IMG/VR virus record: IMGVR_UViG_3300037851_001126
Location: 1-40,204 of that record
Source of the DNA: a virus
Lineage: Duplodnaviria > Caudoviricetes
Reading direction: 5' to 3' (one strand)
Length of the DNA stretch: 40,204 nt
A program made the translations under genes and the position numbers. The notes beneath the pieces are model-generated. The model searched no databases and had not been told where the DNA came from. It was given only the letters and a program-made list of their open reading frames with translations. How positions within the stretch are numbered: the first letter of the stretch is position 1; every line of letters begins with the position of its first letter. This document shows, one piece after another, positions 1 through 10,604 of this stretch.

Positions 1-1843
1 CGGTGAAATCGACCGGCACATGGGCGTCGCAGTTGTCCGCGGCGCTCAACGTGGCGGCATCCGGCACGTTGTCGCAGGCGACGCTGGCGTCAGCCGGCAA
101 GGCTTCGTTGAAGGTCGGGGCGCTGGTGTCGGAGACGGTCACGATCTGGGTGTGGACGGTGGTGTTGCCGCAATCGTCGGTGGCGGTCCAGGTCCGGGTC
201 AGTGTGTAGCTATTCGGGCAGGTGCCATCCGTGCGCGTCTCGGTGAAATCGACCGGCACATGGGCGTCGCAGTTGTCCGCGGCGCTCAACGTGGCGGCAT
301 CCGGCACGTTGTCGCAGGCGACGCTGGCGTCAGCCGGCAAGGCTTCGTTGAAGGTCGGGGCGCTGGTATCGGAGACGGTCACGATCTGGGTGTGACTAGC
401 GGTGTTGCCGCAATCGTCGGTGGCGGTCCAGGTCCGGGTCAGCGTGTAGCTGTTGGGGCAGGTGCCATCCGTGCGCGTCTCGGTGAAATCGACCGGCACA
501 TGGGCGTCGCAGTTGTCCGCGGCGCTCAACGTGGCTGCATCCGGCACGTTGTCGCAGGCGACGCTGGCGTCAGCCGGCAAGGCTTCGTTGAAGGTCGGGG
601 CGCTGGTATCGGAGACGGTCACGATCTGGGTGTGGACGGTGGTGTTGCCGCAATCGTCGGTGGCGGTCCAGGTCCGGGTCAGTGTGTAGCTATTCGGGCA
701 GGTGCCATCCGTGCGCGTCTCGGTGAACTCGACCGGCACATGGGCGTCGCAGTTGTCCGCGGCGCTCAACGTGGCTGCATCCGGCACGTTGTCGCAGGCG
801 ACGCTGGCGTCAGACGGCAAGGCTTCGTTGAAGGTCGGGGTGCTGGTGTCGGAGACGGTCACGATCTGGGTGTGGACGGTGGTGTTGGCGCAATCGTCGG
901 TGGCGGTCCAGGTCCGGGTCAGTGTGTAGCTGTTCGGGCAGGTGCCATCCGTGCGTGTCTCAGTGAAATCGACCGGCACATGGGCGTCGCAGTTGTCCGA
1001 GGCGGTCAACGTGGCGGCATCCGGCACGTTGTCGCAGGCGACGCTGGCGTCAGCCGGCAAGGCTTCATTGAAGCTCGGGGCGCTGGTGTCGGAGACGGTC
1101 ACGATCTGGGTGTGACTGGCGGTGTTGCCACAATCGTCGGTGGCGGTCCAGGTGCGCGTCAGTGTGTAGCTGTTCGGGCAGGTGCCATCCGTGCGCGTCT
1201 CGGTGAAATCGACCGGTACATGGGCGTCGCAGTTGTCCGCGGCGGTCAACGTGGCGGCATCCGGCACGTTGTCGCAGGCAACGCTGGCGTCAGCCGGTAA
1301 CGCTTCGTTGAAGGTCGGGGCGCTGGTGTCGGAGACGGTCACGATCTGGGCGTGGACGGTGGTTTTGCCGCAATCGTCGGTGGCGGTCCAGGTCCGGGTC
1401 AGTGTGTAGCTGTTGGGGCAGGTGCCATCCGTGCGTGTTTCGGTGAAATCGACCGGCACATTGGAGTCGCAGTTGTCCGCGGCGGTCAACGTGGCGGCAT
1501 CCGGCACGTTGTCGCAGGCGACGCTGGCGTCAGCCGGCAAGGCTTCGTTGAAGGTCGGGGCGCTGGTGTCGGAGACGGTCACGATCTGGGTGTGACTGGC
1601 GGTGTTGCCGCAATCGTCGGTGGCGGTCCAGGTGCGCGTCAGTGTGTAGCTGTTGGGGCAGGTGCCATCCGTGCGCGTCTCGGTGAAATCGACCGGCACA
1701 TGGGCGTCGCAGTTGTCCGCGGCGCTCAACGTGGCGGCATCCGGCACGTTGTCGCAGGCAACGCTGGCGTCAGCCGGTAAGGCTTCGTTGAAGGTCGGGG
1801 CACTGGTATCGGAGACGGTCACGATCTGGGTGTGACTGGCTGT
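1..1843 (-). pseudogene. Downstream part of an interrupted host repeat protein (tandem 80-aa HYR-like domains; probable large surface/secreted protein), running off the window edge
   Basis: Minus frame is open: HTQIVTVSDTSAPTFNEALPADASVACDNVPDAATLSAADNCDAHVPVDFTETRTDGTCPNSYTLTRTWTATDDCGNTAS repeated; 'TRTWTATDxCGN' and 'VxDTxAPTF' are typical of HYR-like repeats; separated from its 5' part by the prophage. Confidence 0.8.
1..1843. repeat. 240-bp tandem repeat, ~7.7 near-identical copies
   Basis: cggtgaaatcgaccggcaca (or a close variant) recurs at 1, 241, 481, 721, 961, 1201, 1441, 1681. Confidence 0.98.
1839..1843. repeat. Left 5-bp target site duplication GCTGT
   Basis: Joining ...tgtgactgGCTGT to GCTGTgttgccgcaatcg (40078) rebuilds one intact repeat unit; this tgt variant is absent from the other copies, which have ggt. 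Confidence 0.8.
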
Positions 1844-1892
1844 TGTAGATGGAAAGCGACTTTGAGAGTTTTGGGCGGGGGACTTTGAGAGT
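1844..1892 (+). promoter_or_regulatory. Prophage left end with putative transposase-binding sites
   Basis: Starts TGTAGATG; 12-bp direct repeat GACTTTGAGAGT at 1858-1869 and 1881-1892; inverted copy near the right end. Confidence 0.7.
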
Positions 1893-2062
1893 GCGAGGGG
1901 CAGTAAAATTGCGCAGGCGGCGGACCAGCACTTTCCGCATCGCAGGCGCGTACAACAGCCTCTGGGGTGTGTCACGAGAAAGAACGATCTACCCGCCTCT
2001 GCAACCCATTCGCAGGGCATCCGCAGGGAAGCCGCGCATGGGGCGCAGGAGACGGGCAATGC

Positions 2063-2581
2063 TCAAACTTGGGTCGCTGCCTCCTCGGTCGGCATGCCCG
2101 TCCATGCCGTCTTGATGGCGGCGACCAGCAAGCCGGCGACCGTTGACTTCTCGATGATGATGCCTCGGCTCTCCGCCTGTTTGACGAGAAACTCGCAGAT
2201 TTCATCCCGGTTCTGCCAGCAACCGATCCAGCCCCAGCCGTTCATCTTCTCCTTCATGCTGGTGCACAAGCCACAGGGCCCCTGCTTAGTGACTTGCAAT
2301 ATGACCAGCGCCAAGGCATCGCCCGGCTGTCGCACACTGAAGCCGCTCGGGATCGGCGCGGGCTCTGTAAACGCCCTTGTCGTGTTGGCGGATGAAGGTG
2401 ACGCCACGTGGCCTGGAATAGGCTGCGCGCGCAGTTTCTCGATGCGGGCGCGCAGCATCCTGATGTACTCATCGCGCTTGGCGTCGTCCGATATGTCGGC
2501 AATGTGTTGCAGCATCTGCGCAATGGCCTTGTCGCGCATTTCCAGGCGGGGGTTTTGTATTTCGGTGGTCATAGTAGTCAT
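2063..2581 (-). CDS. Hypothetical phage protein with CxxC...MNxWGxxGC motif
   Basis: ATG just downstream of the preceding gene's stop; last gene of the leftward operon. Confidence 0.65.
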   Translation of the reverse strand: MTTMTTEIQNPRLEMRDKAIAQMLQHIADISDDAKRDEYIRMLRARIEKLRAQPIPGHVASPSSANTTRAFTEPAPIPSGFSVRQPGDALALVILQVTKQGPCGLCTSMKEKMNGWGWIGCWQNRDEICEFLVKQAESRGIIIEKSTVAGLLVAAIKTAWTGMPTEEAATQV

Positions 2582-2591
2582 GCTTTCGTGT

Positions 2592-4316
2592 TTATGGGCA
2601 GTCGCCACAGGGGGAAACCATGATGTCGAAACCGGCAAAATTGAATGAGGAGGCAGAATACGGAAAGCAGTTGCAGTCCCACACATTGGGAGGAGGGCAA
2701 CAGGGGGGGAACTCGACGCCATTCCAGCCAGATTGGCAATGACTGTCATCGGGCGATTGGCAGAAGCGCCACTTGGAGGCGCACGGCTCGCAACACTCGT
2801 CGGGATAGAAGCCGCTGTGTTGATAACCCCAAAGCGTGCCATACGTATCCACTAGAGCTAGTGCGGCGTGATGAACCATCTTGGGCCAGCCATAGGGCTT
2901 GGCAAAAGACCCCTCCGTCCCGAAAAGCGTGAAATAGAGGTAAACGTCCACGCCTTGCTCGTAGCACGGTTGCTCGATGCCGCCCCAACCCATTTCGGTC
3001 ATACCTCGCACTGTGACCCGCGCGATGGGGGACGAAGATTTGTACTCGCAGCTTCCGCCCGCGCCATAACCCGGTTCAACAGAATTGCACGGACCGCGAC
3101 ATAGACTACCGGATGGACTTCCAATACCCTGAGTCCACGACGTGGCATCGTTAAAGCACAGCGGCACATCTCCTCCGGGCGACAGTAGCCATTGCCATGC
3201 CGTGACGGCGTCGTGGATTCCAGACCCCGGCGGATAGCCCCAATTGCAATTGTCTTCACGACAATAGTAGGTGCAGTTATCGCCATTGATGACGGAATCC
3301 ACCCTGAACGGACAGATGAAGAAATATCCGCGAGGAATGAACGCGGGAGGAACGGCGCATTGGTCAAACGGGGTGATGAGGCCGTTGATTTTAGCCGAGA
3401 ACGAACTCGGCTCGTCAATACCTTGGCCGACGCACAAAAAGCACTGATACGGGAGGCTTGGTGGGTTTGGCGGAGGAGGGTCGGGCGGTGGCGTGTATGC
3501 GCAGGCGATTTGTTGTGATGGCACACCCACGCAAGCCGCAGGCGTTACGGTGATGGATGAGGGGGCGGTTCCAGAAATGACCTGCATGTCGGTCGCCTCG
3601 AATGAGAACGCCTCCCCGCATGCGGACGGTCCGTTGCACACTTGTGCCTCCAGATAGACGCCGGGCGAATTGAAGTTTCCCTCCAGCGCAAAGCCGAATC
3701 CGGCCCAGTAAGACAACGTCAGCGTATAGGTCGGCGTGGACAGCGTCCAAACAGCCATCGAGCCGTCGCATGAACTGAGTTGCAGCTCGTAAGCGCCGTT
3801 CATGCAAGGATGGGGCGCTCCAGAGATGATGACCGCATACGTCTCTGGCGCAATGTCGCCTCCGCATGGACTCCCCGGACACGCCACCGCTCCGTCGGGC
3901 GTAGCGATGGCTCCAACATCAGGGAAAGACATCGGCACGCTGCAATCAGGCGGATCATAGCTAAACGTGAAAAAACCTGCTTGGCAAGCGGGAGTACCAA
4001 TCGTCAGACGCCATTGCTGGCACCCTTCGCTAACGCATCCCATAGCCATTCCTTTCGATAGGGAATTGTTGGGGTTTCCCGGATCTGACCACACCGCCGC
4101 CGTGTTGCTGCAATAATTGAACGGCAACACGTAGGTGCCCGGCACGTCGCCGCCGGTCACCGTGACAGACATCGATGGCGGCACACAATCCGTGCAGAAC
4201 CCGCAGTTGCCATGCGTGCAATCGGCCTGAGCATTGCACAAGGGGTCGGCGATCACGCATCCCTCCGCGCCGCAACATGCAACGGGGCTACAAGGTGTGG
4301 TCAGGGCAATACTCAT
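2592..4316 (-). CDS. Cys-rich tail-distal protein (~574 aa, about 45 Cys), possible receptor-binding protein
   Basis: ATG (MSIALTTPC) overlaps the stop of the 4313-6142 gene; position after TMP and tail gene; lower GC than core genes. Confidence 0.65.
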   Translation of the reverse strand: MSIALTTPCSPVACCGAEGCVIADPLCNAQADCTHGNCGFCTDCVPPSMSVTVTGGDVPGTYVLPFNYCSNTAAVWSDPGNPNNSLSKGMAMGCVSEGCQQWRLTIGTPACQAGFFTFSYDPPDCSVPMSFPDVGAIATPDGAVACPGSPCGGDIAPETYAVIISGAPHPCMNGAYELQLSSCDGSMAVWTLSTPTYTLTLSYWAGFGFALEGNFNSPGVYLEAQVCNGPSACGEAFSFEATDMQVISGTAPSSITVTPAACVGVPSQQIACAYTPPPDPPPPNPPSLPYQCFLCVGQGIDEPSSFSAKINGLITPFDQCAVPPAFIPRGYFFICPFRVDSVINGDNCTYYCREDNCNWGYPPGSGIHDAVTAWQWLLSPGGDVPLCFNDATSWTQGIGSPSGSLCRGPCNSVEPGYGAGGSCEYKSSSPIARVTVRGMTEMGWGGIEQPCYEQGVDVYLYFTLFGTEGSFAKPYGWPKMVHHAALALVDTYGTLWGYQHSGFYPDECCEPCASKWRFCQSPDDSHCQSGWNGVEFPPCCPPPNVWDCNCFPYSASSFNFAGFDIMVSPCGDCP

Positions 4317-6142
4317 GCGGTGTACGTCTCCGTCATCAAGATCTTCGCTTTCTTGGCCACGCCATTTTCGCAGACATCGACCTCGCGAAACATCGCGTGA
4401 AGCTGGGGCGCGATCGCCGCGGGATCGAGCGTCACCATCTGCGCGCCGTTGACCAGCACGATCTTCTCGAAACCGCCCGGCGCGCTGGCGCTCGAGTTTT
4501 CCACTCGGGTTTTGTGCGGCAGCTCCTGTTCGCCGCCCTGCACCTGCTGGCCGCTGACGCGCAACTGCCAATCGCCGCCGCTGAACATCCGGTGGCGGTT
4601 GACCCGCAACAGCTCCACCAGGTCGCCCGCGCTCAAGTGCGGCGGCGGCCCGACCGCGATCTGCACCTGGCCGGTTTCCAGCGACTCGGTGACCTGCTGC
4701 ACCTGCGCGGCCATCGTCGCCCATGCAGCGCGTCCCCCGGTGACGTGCAACACGTTACCCACCCGCACCGGGGCGTTGACCTCGCTGTAGAGCAGCGAGA
4801 TCTGGCCCTCGTGGTGCAGCGTGTTGAGCGCGGCGTAGAGTTTCTGCGCCAGCCCGGTCGGCACCGGCTCGCCCGGCGAAAACGCATCGAGTTTCTTGTA
4901 CGTCTTAGTGGTGGCATCGGTGGCGATCAACCGCACCGTGATCGGCTGCTCCTTGACCACGGTGACAAGCGGATTGGTCCCCGAGACGGTGTGCGTGTAA
5001 CTGGCCTTGGCCGTCCAAGTCTCCTGGCTGGCGTCCTTGGTCATCCAGTCCGCGATCCCGCCCTGAACGAGTTCGCGCGGCAGATTCACCTCGTCGAGAG
5101 GATCGTCCACCACCCGCACCGCGCCGGTGATCGTCAAGTTGGTCACCGCGTCCACGGCCAGTTCCGGTTTCTTCTTTTTCCACCAGTCCAGGTCATTGAG
5201 ATCGGCCGGCAGATCGGCCGTCACCACCTTCTGGCTGAGGTAACTGGCCGTGAACCCCTTGAGGTTGACCGTGGCCAGCATCGCCCCGAACGCCTCGCCG
5301 GTCGAGGCCTCGGGCCAGACATCGAGCGTCACATTCTCCCAGGTCACACCGTCGATCGTGGTGGTCTGCTCGAACTTGAGCACCACCTGCGGCACCTGCA
5401 GATCGTTGCGCGCCCGCAGCTCCACCGAGTCGACCTCCGACCCGCACGCCACGCTCTTGGCCGCCAGCGCGCTGCGCGGCGCCACGTGCAACGTCGGCGG
5501 CGTCGTGCTGTAATCTAACCACGTGCACGCGTCCGGCGCCCAGCGCAGACAACGGCGCACCGCCTCGGCGCACGTCACGTCCTGCACGGGATCGAACGGC
5601 GCGGTAAACGCCAGCCCGTCGTCCACCGCGTACTGGAACGGCGCCGGTGCGCCCGCCACCTCCAGCACATAATCGAATATCTCCTCGATCTGAGACTTCA
5701 CCGTCTTGGCGACACCCAGGTGATCCACGAACAAAATCAACCGCGACTTGCGAATCGATGTCGTCCCCCCGAGCAGGTCGGAGATCGTCCATGTCTGCTG
5801 AAACACCAGGTTGTCCAAATACCACCACGGCCCGGCCGCCACGACCCGCTGGTTCTCGCCCGCCGCGTCCCCGCCGTCCGGCAACTCGATCACCCGACCG
5901 ACAAAATACACCTGGTCCTCCACCAGCACCGGCACTTCGGCATCCGTGTACACCTTCCGGTGCAGCTTGATCGTGGACCCGTAAGCGAACACGTGCGCCG
6001 CGTCCACATCCCGCCCGGCCGCGCTCACCGCCAGCGTGTCCGGCGCCTGGTTCAAAAACGACAACACCGGCTCGGCCAACCCCCAGGCGTCCACCGTCTG
6101 CTGGTTGCCCCCGACCACCTCAATTGTCCATTCGACCGCCAT
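4313..6142 (-). CDS. Tail tip/hub protein
   Basis: 609-aa beta-rich ORF directly after the tape measure gene. Confidence 0.6.
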   Translation of the reverse strand: MAVEWTIEVVGGNQQTVDAWGLAEPVLSFLNQAPDTLAVSAAGRDVDAAHVFAYGSTIKLHRKVYTDAEVPVLVEDQVYFVGRVIELPDGGDAAGENQRVVAAGPWWYLDNLVFQQTWTISDLLGGTTSIRKSRLILFVDHLGVAKTVKSQIEEIFDYVLEVAGAPAPFQYAVDDGLAFTAPFDPVQDVTCAEAVRRCLRWAPDACTWLDYSTTPPTLHVAPRSALAAKSVACGSEVDSVELRARNDLQVPQVVLKFEQTTTIDGVTWENVTLDVWPEASTGEAFGAMLATVNLKGFTASYLSQKVVTADLPADLNDLDWWKKKKPELAVDAVTNLTITGAVRVVDDPLDEVNLPRELVQGGIADWMTKDASQETWTAKASYTHTVSGTNPLVTVVKEQPITVRLIATDATTKTYKKLDAFSPGEPVPTGLAQKLYAALNTLHHEGQISLLYSEVNAPVRVGNVLHVTGGRAAWATMAAQVQQVTESLETGQVQIAVGPPPHLSAGDLVELLRVNRHRMFSGGDWQLRVSGQQVQGGEQELPHKTRVENSSASAPGGFEKIVLVNGAQMVTLDPAAIAPQLHAMFREVDVCENGVAKKAKILMTETYTA

Positions 6143-6145
6143 CCG

Positions 6146-8962
6146 CTAGACGTTCCTCATGTTGTTCACCCTACCCTCGATGTCGCGCAGTTTGGCATCG
6201 TGTTTTTCCACCACCGCCAACAGCTTCGAGGTCGACCCCTCGATGCGGCCAAACGCGTCGCCGATCTGCTGGGCCGCGGCGGACAACGCCCCTTCTACCC
6301 CTCGCGTGTCCACCGGCGGCAAAGCAGCAGCAGCAGCAGGAGCGGCAACCGGAGACGGAGCGGGCCGCGCGGGAGCCGCCGGTGCGGCAGGCGCGGGCGC
6401 GGGCGTGGCTGGCGGTGGTGTTGCGGCCGGCGGGCGGGGCGCTGGCGGAACTGCCGCGGGAGCAGACGGTGCCGGTGCTGGCGCGGCTGGCGGCTGCGCC
6501 GGAGCTGCCGGCGGCGGCTTGGCTGGTGGCGGTGGTGTGACAGCCGGGGCGGGTGGAATCGGCGGCCGGGCCGGTGCGTTGGACGGGAGCCTGTCGAGTT
6601 CCTTCTGCACGTCCGCCGCAGTGGTCTTGCTCGGGGCAGGCTCGGTCCGATCCGCCCGCCCCTGGCGCTCTCTCGCGTCGGCCGCATCAGCCGCCGCGAT
6701 GCGTTTCGCCTTGTCGGGGTCCGTGCCGGCCACAAGCCGCAACCGCGCGATCTCGGCCTTGCGTTCATCCTCGGCGGCATCGTCAGCCGCGCGCGCCCGC
6801 GCCTCGGCGGCGTTATCTTCAATCTTGCGGATGTCATTGGCCAGCCGCGTGTAAAATTCCTTGAGCGCCGCCTCGGCTTGGGCTTTCTCGGACGGCGTCT
6901 CCGCCAGTTCGACCGCGCGCTTTTTCTCCTCCTCCTCGATCTTGGCCACGGCCAGTTTCTTGGCCCGTTTCTGGTCGTCGGGCGCGTCGGCCTCCGCCTG
7001 CCTGGCATCGGCCAGGCGGACGTCGCGTTCGGCCTGCTCGCCCCGGATCGCCTCGCGGCGTTTCTCCGCCGCCTCCCGCGCTGCCTTTTCCTCCGACGCT
7101 TTTTTGTTCGCCGCATCCTTGGCTTTGGCCTGGTCGATTTGCGCTGTTTGGTCGACTTGCTCCTTCTCAACGCGCAAGGCCCGCAGTTTCTCCAGTTGCT
7201 CGCGTTCGCGCTGCAACGCTTCCCGACGTTTTTCCAATTCGGGCACGGAATCAGCCTGGGCTTTTTCCAGCGCCTTGAGCGCCTCCTCGGCCTTGGCCAA
7301 CTCGTCCTCCCGCGCCGCCAGCGCTTTGCCGTCGAACCCGCCGCCATCGAGCGCGGCCTGCGCAGCCTGCGCGCGCGCCACAGCCTGGGCATATTCTTTG
7401 CCGTACAAGCTGCCCAAAGCCAAGACCTGCTCTTCCGCCTGCTCCAAATCCGCTTTTGCTTTGGCGTAAGCTTCCCGCTCAATGGGGACACCGCCGATCG
7501 TCCTCCCCTCCTCATACCCGCGCACCTGTTTGGCTATACGATCCCGCTCGTCCTGCGCCCGCTTCAGCGTGTCCCCGATGCTCTCCAGCAGATTCTTGTC
7601 GGAGATGGCGGTCTGTTGCGCCTCCCTGGTGATCCGCGCTTTCTCCGCCGCCGTATCGCGCTGCGTCGTGAGATCGGTCTTGGCTTTTTTCTGGGCCTCG
7701 ATCTCGGTTTCGACGGCTTGCTGCGCCTGGGCATTGGACTGCAGCAACGCCTTTTGCTTTTGCTCGCTCGCACCGGAAGCGATACCGGCACGTTGCGAGG
7801 CCGCTTCTTCCTCGGAGATTTTTCCCTGTTGCAGATCGAGATTGACACGCGATAACGCCAGTTCCGTTTCCGCGTCGATCACCTCCAGCGTCTTGCGCGT
7901 CACATCGTTCAACTGGGTCAGGTAATCGCGCATCCCCTTCGACGATGCCGCCAACGTCTCGTTGACCTTGCCGATCGCGGTGGCCAACGCCTCCTGACGC
8001 TTGGCCGCGTTGCCTTCCGACTCCGCCAGCCCGTCAATCTTGTTCTTCAACCCCTCCAGTTTGTCGATCGGGCCGCCGATGATCGACGTCAGGTTCTGCA
8101 CCGTCTGCTTCAACCCGTCGATGAGCTGCGACAGTTTGAGTATCTTGTCCAGGCCGCCGCCGATGGCCTCCATCAAATCGCCCGTGGCATTCTTCAATCC
8201 GCCGAGCGACCCGGAGAGCGTCTGGGCTTTGGCCTCGAGCACGCCGCCGCCCATGCGGGCGACCTGTTCCATCAGGCTGTTGAGTTTCTCCAGGTTGGTG
8301 CCGGTCTCCTGCACACGGATGCCGTACCGGCCGAACATGTCGAACTGCCCCTGCAACGCCCGACTCATCAGCATGCTGGCCGTGTCGATCGATCCCACCA
8401 CGCCCGCCAGATTCTTCACCGCCTCGGCGTACTGCTCGATGTTGGTCGAGTCCGCGCCGAACTGCGTCAACTGTTTCAGTACCCGCAGCCATTGATCGTC
8501 GGCGATCGCCGTCGAGTCCTGCATCTGACCGGCCAGATCCTGCAGCTTCACCCGGTAGTTATCGGTCAACTGCCCCGTCTGCGCCAGGACCGCGTCCAGC
8601 TCCGCCACGGCTTCCTGTGCCTGGGCGAACTCGCGCAGGCTGGCCACCGCGCCGCGGATCGCCGCCGTCACGGATGTCACGCCGAGCGTCACCATGCCGA
8701 GCGACCCGTTGAGCACGTTCATCGCCGCGCCCACGCCGGGGATCTCCGACGCGAACGCCCCGATCGCCGACTTGAATTTGTCCCCCGCACCAAACCCGGC
8801 CAACTGCCCGCGCACGCCACTTAACTGGGTTTCCAGGTCCTTGTATTCCTTGCCCGTAGCCCGGGCGATCACGATCTGGCGCTGGAGCGAATCCTCCAGC
8901 TTGCGCAGCTCCTGGATCTGCACCCGGCTCTCGATGTTGACTTGGAATTTAACGTCGGCCAT
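6146..8962 (-). CDS. Tail tape measure protein with Pro/Ala-rich C-terminal linker
   Basis: 938 aa, Ala/Glu/Lys-rich coiled coil, 'AKAQTLSGSLGGLKNATGDLMEAIG' TMP-like segment, position after tail tube. Confidence 0.85.
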   Translation of the reverse strand: MADVKFQVNIESRVQIQELRKLEDSLQRQIVIARATGKEYKDLETQLSGVRGQLAGFGAGDKFKSAIGAFASEIPGVGAAMNVLNGSLGMVTLGVTSVTAAIRGAVASLREFAQAQEAVAELDAVLAQTGQLTDNYRVKLQDLAGQMQDSTAIADDQWLRVLKQLTQFGADSTNIEQYAEAVKNLAGVVGSIDTASMLMSRALQGQFDMFGRYGIRVQETGTNLEKLNSLMEQVARMGGGVLEAKAQTLSGSLGGLKNATGDLMEAIGGGLDKILKLSQLIDGLKQTVQNLTSIIGGPIDKLEGLKNKIDGLAESEGNAAKRQEALATAIGKVNETLAASSKGMRDYLTQLNDVTRKTLEVIDAETELALSRVNLDLQQGKISEEEAASQRAGIASGASEQKQKALLQSNAQAQQAVETEIEAQKKAKTDLTTQRDTAAEKARITREAQQTAISDKNLLESIGDTLKRAQDERDRIAKQVRGYEEGRTIGGVPIEREAYAKAKADLEQAEEQVLALGSLYGKEYAQAVARAQAAQAALDGGGFDGKALAAREDELAKAEEALKALEKAQADSVPELEKRREALQREREQLEKLRALRVEKEQVDQTAQIDQAKAKDAANKKASEEKAAREAAEKRREAIRGEQAERDVRLADARQAEADAPDDQKRAKKLAVAKIEEEEKKRAVELAETPSEKAQAEAALKEFYTRLANDIRKIEDNAAEARARAADDAAEDERKAEIARLRLVAGTDPDKAKRIAAADAADARERQGRADRTEPAPSKTTAADVQKELDRLPSNAPARPPIPPAPAVTPPPPAKPPPAAPAQPPAAPAPAPSAPAAVPPAPRPPAATPPPATPAPAPAAPAAPARPAPSPVAAPAAAAALPPVDTRGVEGALSAAAQQIGDAFGRIEGSTSKLLAVVEKHDAKLRDIEGRVNNMRNV

Positions 8963-8965
8963 ATT
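8937..8965 (+). promoter_or_regulatory. Sigma70-like promoter TTGACT-N17-CATATT, antisense to the TMP start
   Basis: 17-bp spacing, 10 nt upstream of ATG 8975. Confidence 0.5.
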
Positions 8966-8974
8966 GATCCCGCT

Positions 8975-9145
8975 ATGGAATTTCTCTTACCAGGCTATGC
9001 GTACTTCACCCACGGGCGGCCCTTGTCGGGTTTCTGCGTGATGATCGGCGCGCTGTTTTTTTACCTGATTGCGCCGCCGTTTGGGTTGTTGATTCATATC
9101 GCTTACCTGTTTGATCTGCCCTACCTCGACCGTCCCCGATCCTGA
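8975..9145 (+). CDS. Small membrane protein (moron; superinfection-exclusion candidate)
   Basis: 56 aa hydrophobic, low GC, opposite strand, own promoter. Confidence 0.6.
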   Translation: MEFLLPGYAYFTHGRPLSGFCVMIGALFFYLIAPPFGLLIHIAYLFDLPYLDRPRS

Positions 9146-9154
9146 TGCGGTCTG

Positions 9155-9574
9155 TCATCGTCCGCCCACCCCGCCACCGGCCGCCTGGCCGGTGATCTCG
9201 TATTCCATGATCGTGGTCAGGCCCACCAGCCCGCGCACGCGGGGCGTGCACACGCACTTGAGCATCGTCGTGGGCGTGCCATCGGCCTTGGTGAACGTCG
9301 TGGTCTGCTGCCCCGCCGCCAAAATGTCGCCAATGTGATCGAGCGCGAACTCCTGCGCGGCCGTCACGGTGGCAAACTGCCGGGTCACACTGAACCGGAC
9401 CGTCTGCAGCGCGTTGCCACGGGCGAGCGGCTCGGCGTCGTCCGCCCGGAACCGCTGGGCGATCTGCACCACCTGGCGGCCCTCGGTGGAAAACTCGTTG
9501 GCCTCGCCGAACTCGCGGATCGTCTCCGCGGGATCGCCGGCCAGCCAGATTCCCGTTCCGAATTGGACGCGCAT
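9155..9574 (-). CDS. Hypothetical tail protein
   Basis: 139-aa ORF between tail tube and TMP. Confidence 0.6.
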   Translation of the reverse strand: MRVQFGTGIWLAGDPAETIREFGEANEFSTEGRQVVQIAQRFRADDAEPLARGNALQTVRFSVTRQFATVTAAQEFALDHIGDILAAGQQTTTFTKADGTPTTMLKCVCTPRVRGLVGLTTIMEYEITGQAAGGGVGGR

Positions 9575-9653
9575 GTCGTGGTGTGTGTGCCCGGGCGACG
9601 GCGGGCGACGGAGGCCCGATCAGGTCAGGCGCTCCGTCTACCCCCGTCGGGTG

Positions 9654-10604
9654 TTAGCTTGCGGCCAGCGTAAACAGCGCGTTCTGGGCGCCGGTGGTGA
9701 ACGTGCGGCCCGCGACGAACCCGAGTTCGTCGTTGCGCAGCACCGTGGTGCCGAACCGGAACCCGGCCGTCTTCACGTCGCAGCTCGGGATGGTCAGGTA
9801 CGTGATGCCGTCGGCGCCGGTAATGCGCAGCTCGTAGGAGCCGAGCGACCGTCCGCGGGCGGCGCCCGTGTCCTGCACCTTGAGCGCGGCCAAGATCGAC
9901 GCGGCGCTCGGGCCGACCGGCTTGACCTTGACCATGCAGCCCACGCTGATCAGCTTCTTGTCCACCAGGCCGAGGCGGTCGACGTTGATGTCGGCCAGCT
10001 CCAGCGATGTCTCGAAGCTGAACCCGTCTTCCGAGTCCATGTCCTCGAACACGTAGTCGGGCGTGCCGCCCAGGTCCGTGCCGAAGTCCAGCGTGTAGGG
10101 CTGGGTCTTGATCAGGTTCGGCGCGAACGTGGTGTCGGCAATCGACCCGCCGGTGCCGGCGATCGCCAACAGGCTGTCGGCATCCTCCCAGGCCATGTTG
10201 TTGCCGCGCACCCCCGTGATGCCCACCGGGCCGACCAGCGTCTCCGTGGAGCTGAACTTCATCGTCGGCATCTGCGTGACCGCCGCGGCGATCAGCGTGG
10301 TGATCGTGGCGTCCGACCCGTGCAACGCGCACGGTCGGTCGGTGTCGGTGTAGATCGACGTGCCGCAGGCCGTGTTGGCGTAGGGGAATAACGCCGCGAT
10401 CGTGGCCGCGTTCCATCGGCCCTCGGGCGTGAACTTCAGTTCCGCCGCCACATCGAGCACGCGCTCGTCCACCTTGCCGTGGACCGCCGTGCGGATGTCG
10501 AATGTCTTTTGGTCGAGACGAACGCTGACGTCGTCCTTGGAAAACAGCGTGGCGCCGGCAAACACCATCTTGCACGGACCCGCTACCAATGCGCTTCTGT
10601 TCAT
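9654..10604 (-). CDS. Probable major tail (tube) protein
   Basis: 316 aa, Thr/Gly/Asp beta-rich, GGAAGGA-type RBS, followed by a hairpin, upstream of TMP. Confidence 0.65.
   Translation of the reverse strand: MNRSALVAGPCKMVFAGATLFSKDDVSVRLDQKTFDIRTAVHGKVDERVLDVAAELKFTPEGRWNAATIAALFPYANTACGTSIYTDTDRPCALHGSDATITTLIAAAVTQMPTMKFSSTETLVGPVGITGVRGNNMAWEDADSLLAIAGTGGSIADTTFAPNLIKTQPYTLDFGTDLGGTPDYVFEDMDSEDGFSFETSLELADINVDRLGLVDKKLISVGCMVKVKPVGPSAASILAALKVQDTGAARGRSLGSYELRITGADGITYLTIPSCDVKTAGFRFGTTVLRNDELGFVAGRTFTTGAQNALFTLAAS

Noticed and set aside
1-1843. CRISPR array, or plus-strand ORFs (20-1300, 3-209 etc.)
   Set aside because: The 240-bp units have no unique spacers; the open, protein-like frame is on the minus strand and the plus ORFs are shadows
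1841-1843. Left end at TG 1841 with CTGGC as target duplication
   Set aside because: CTGGC is not present at the right junction, whereas GCTGT is and rebuilds the host unit
2063-6142. Diversity-generating retroelement or invertible tail-fibre segment
   Set aside because: No reverse transcriptase, template/variable repeat pair, serine invertase or flanking inverted repeats seen
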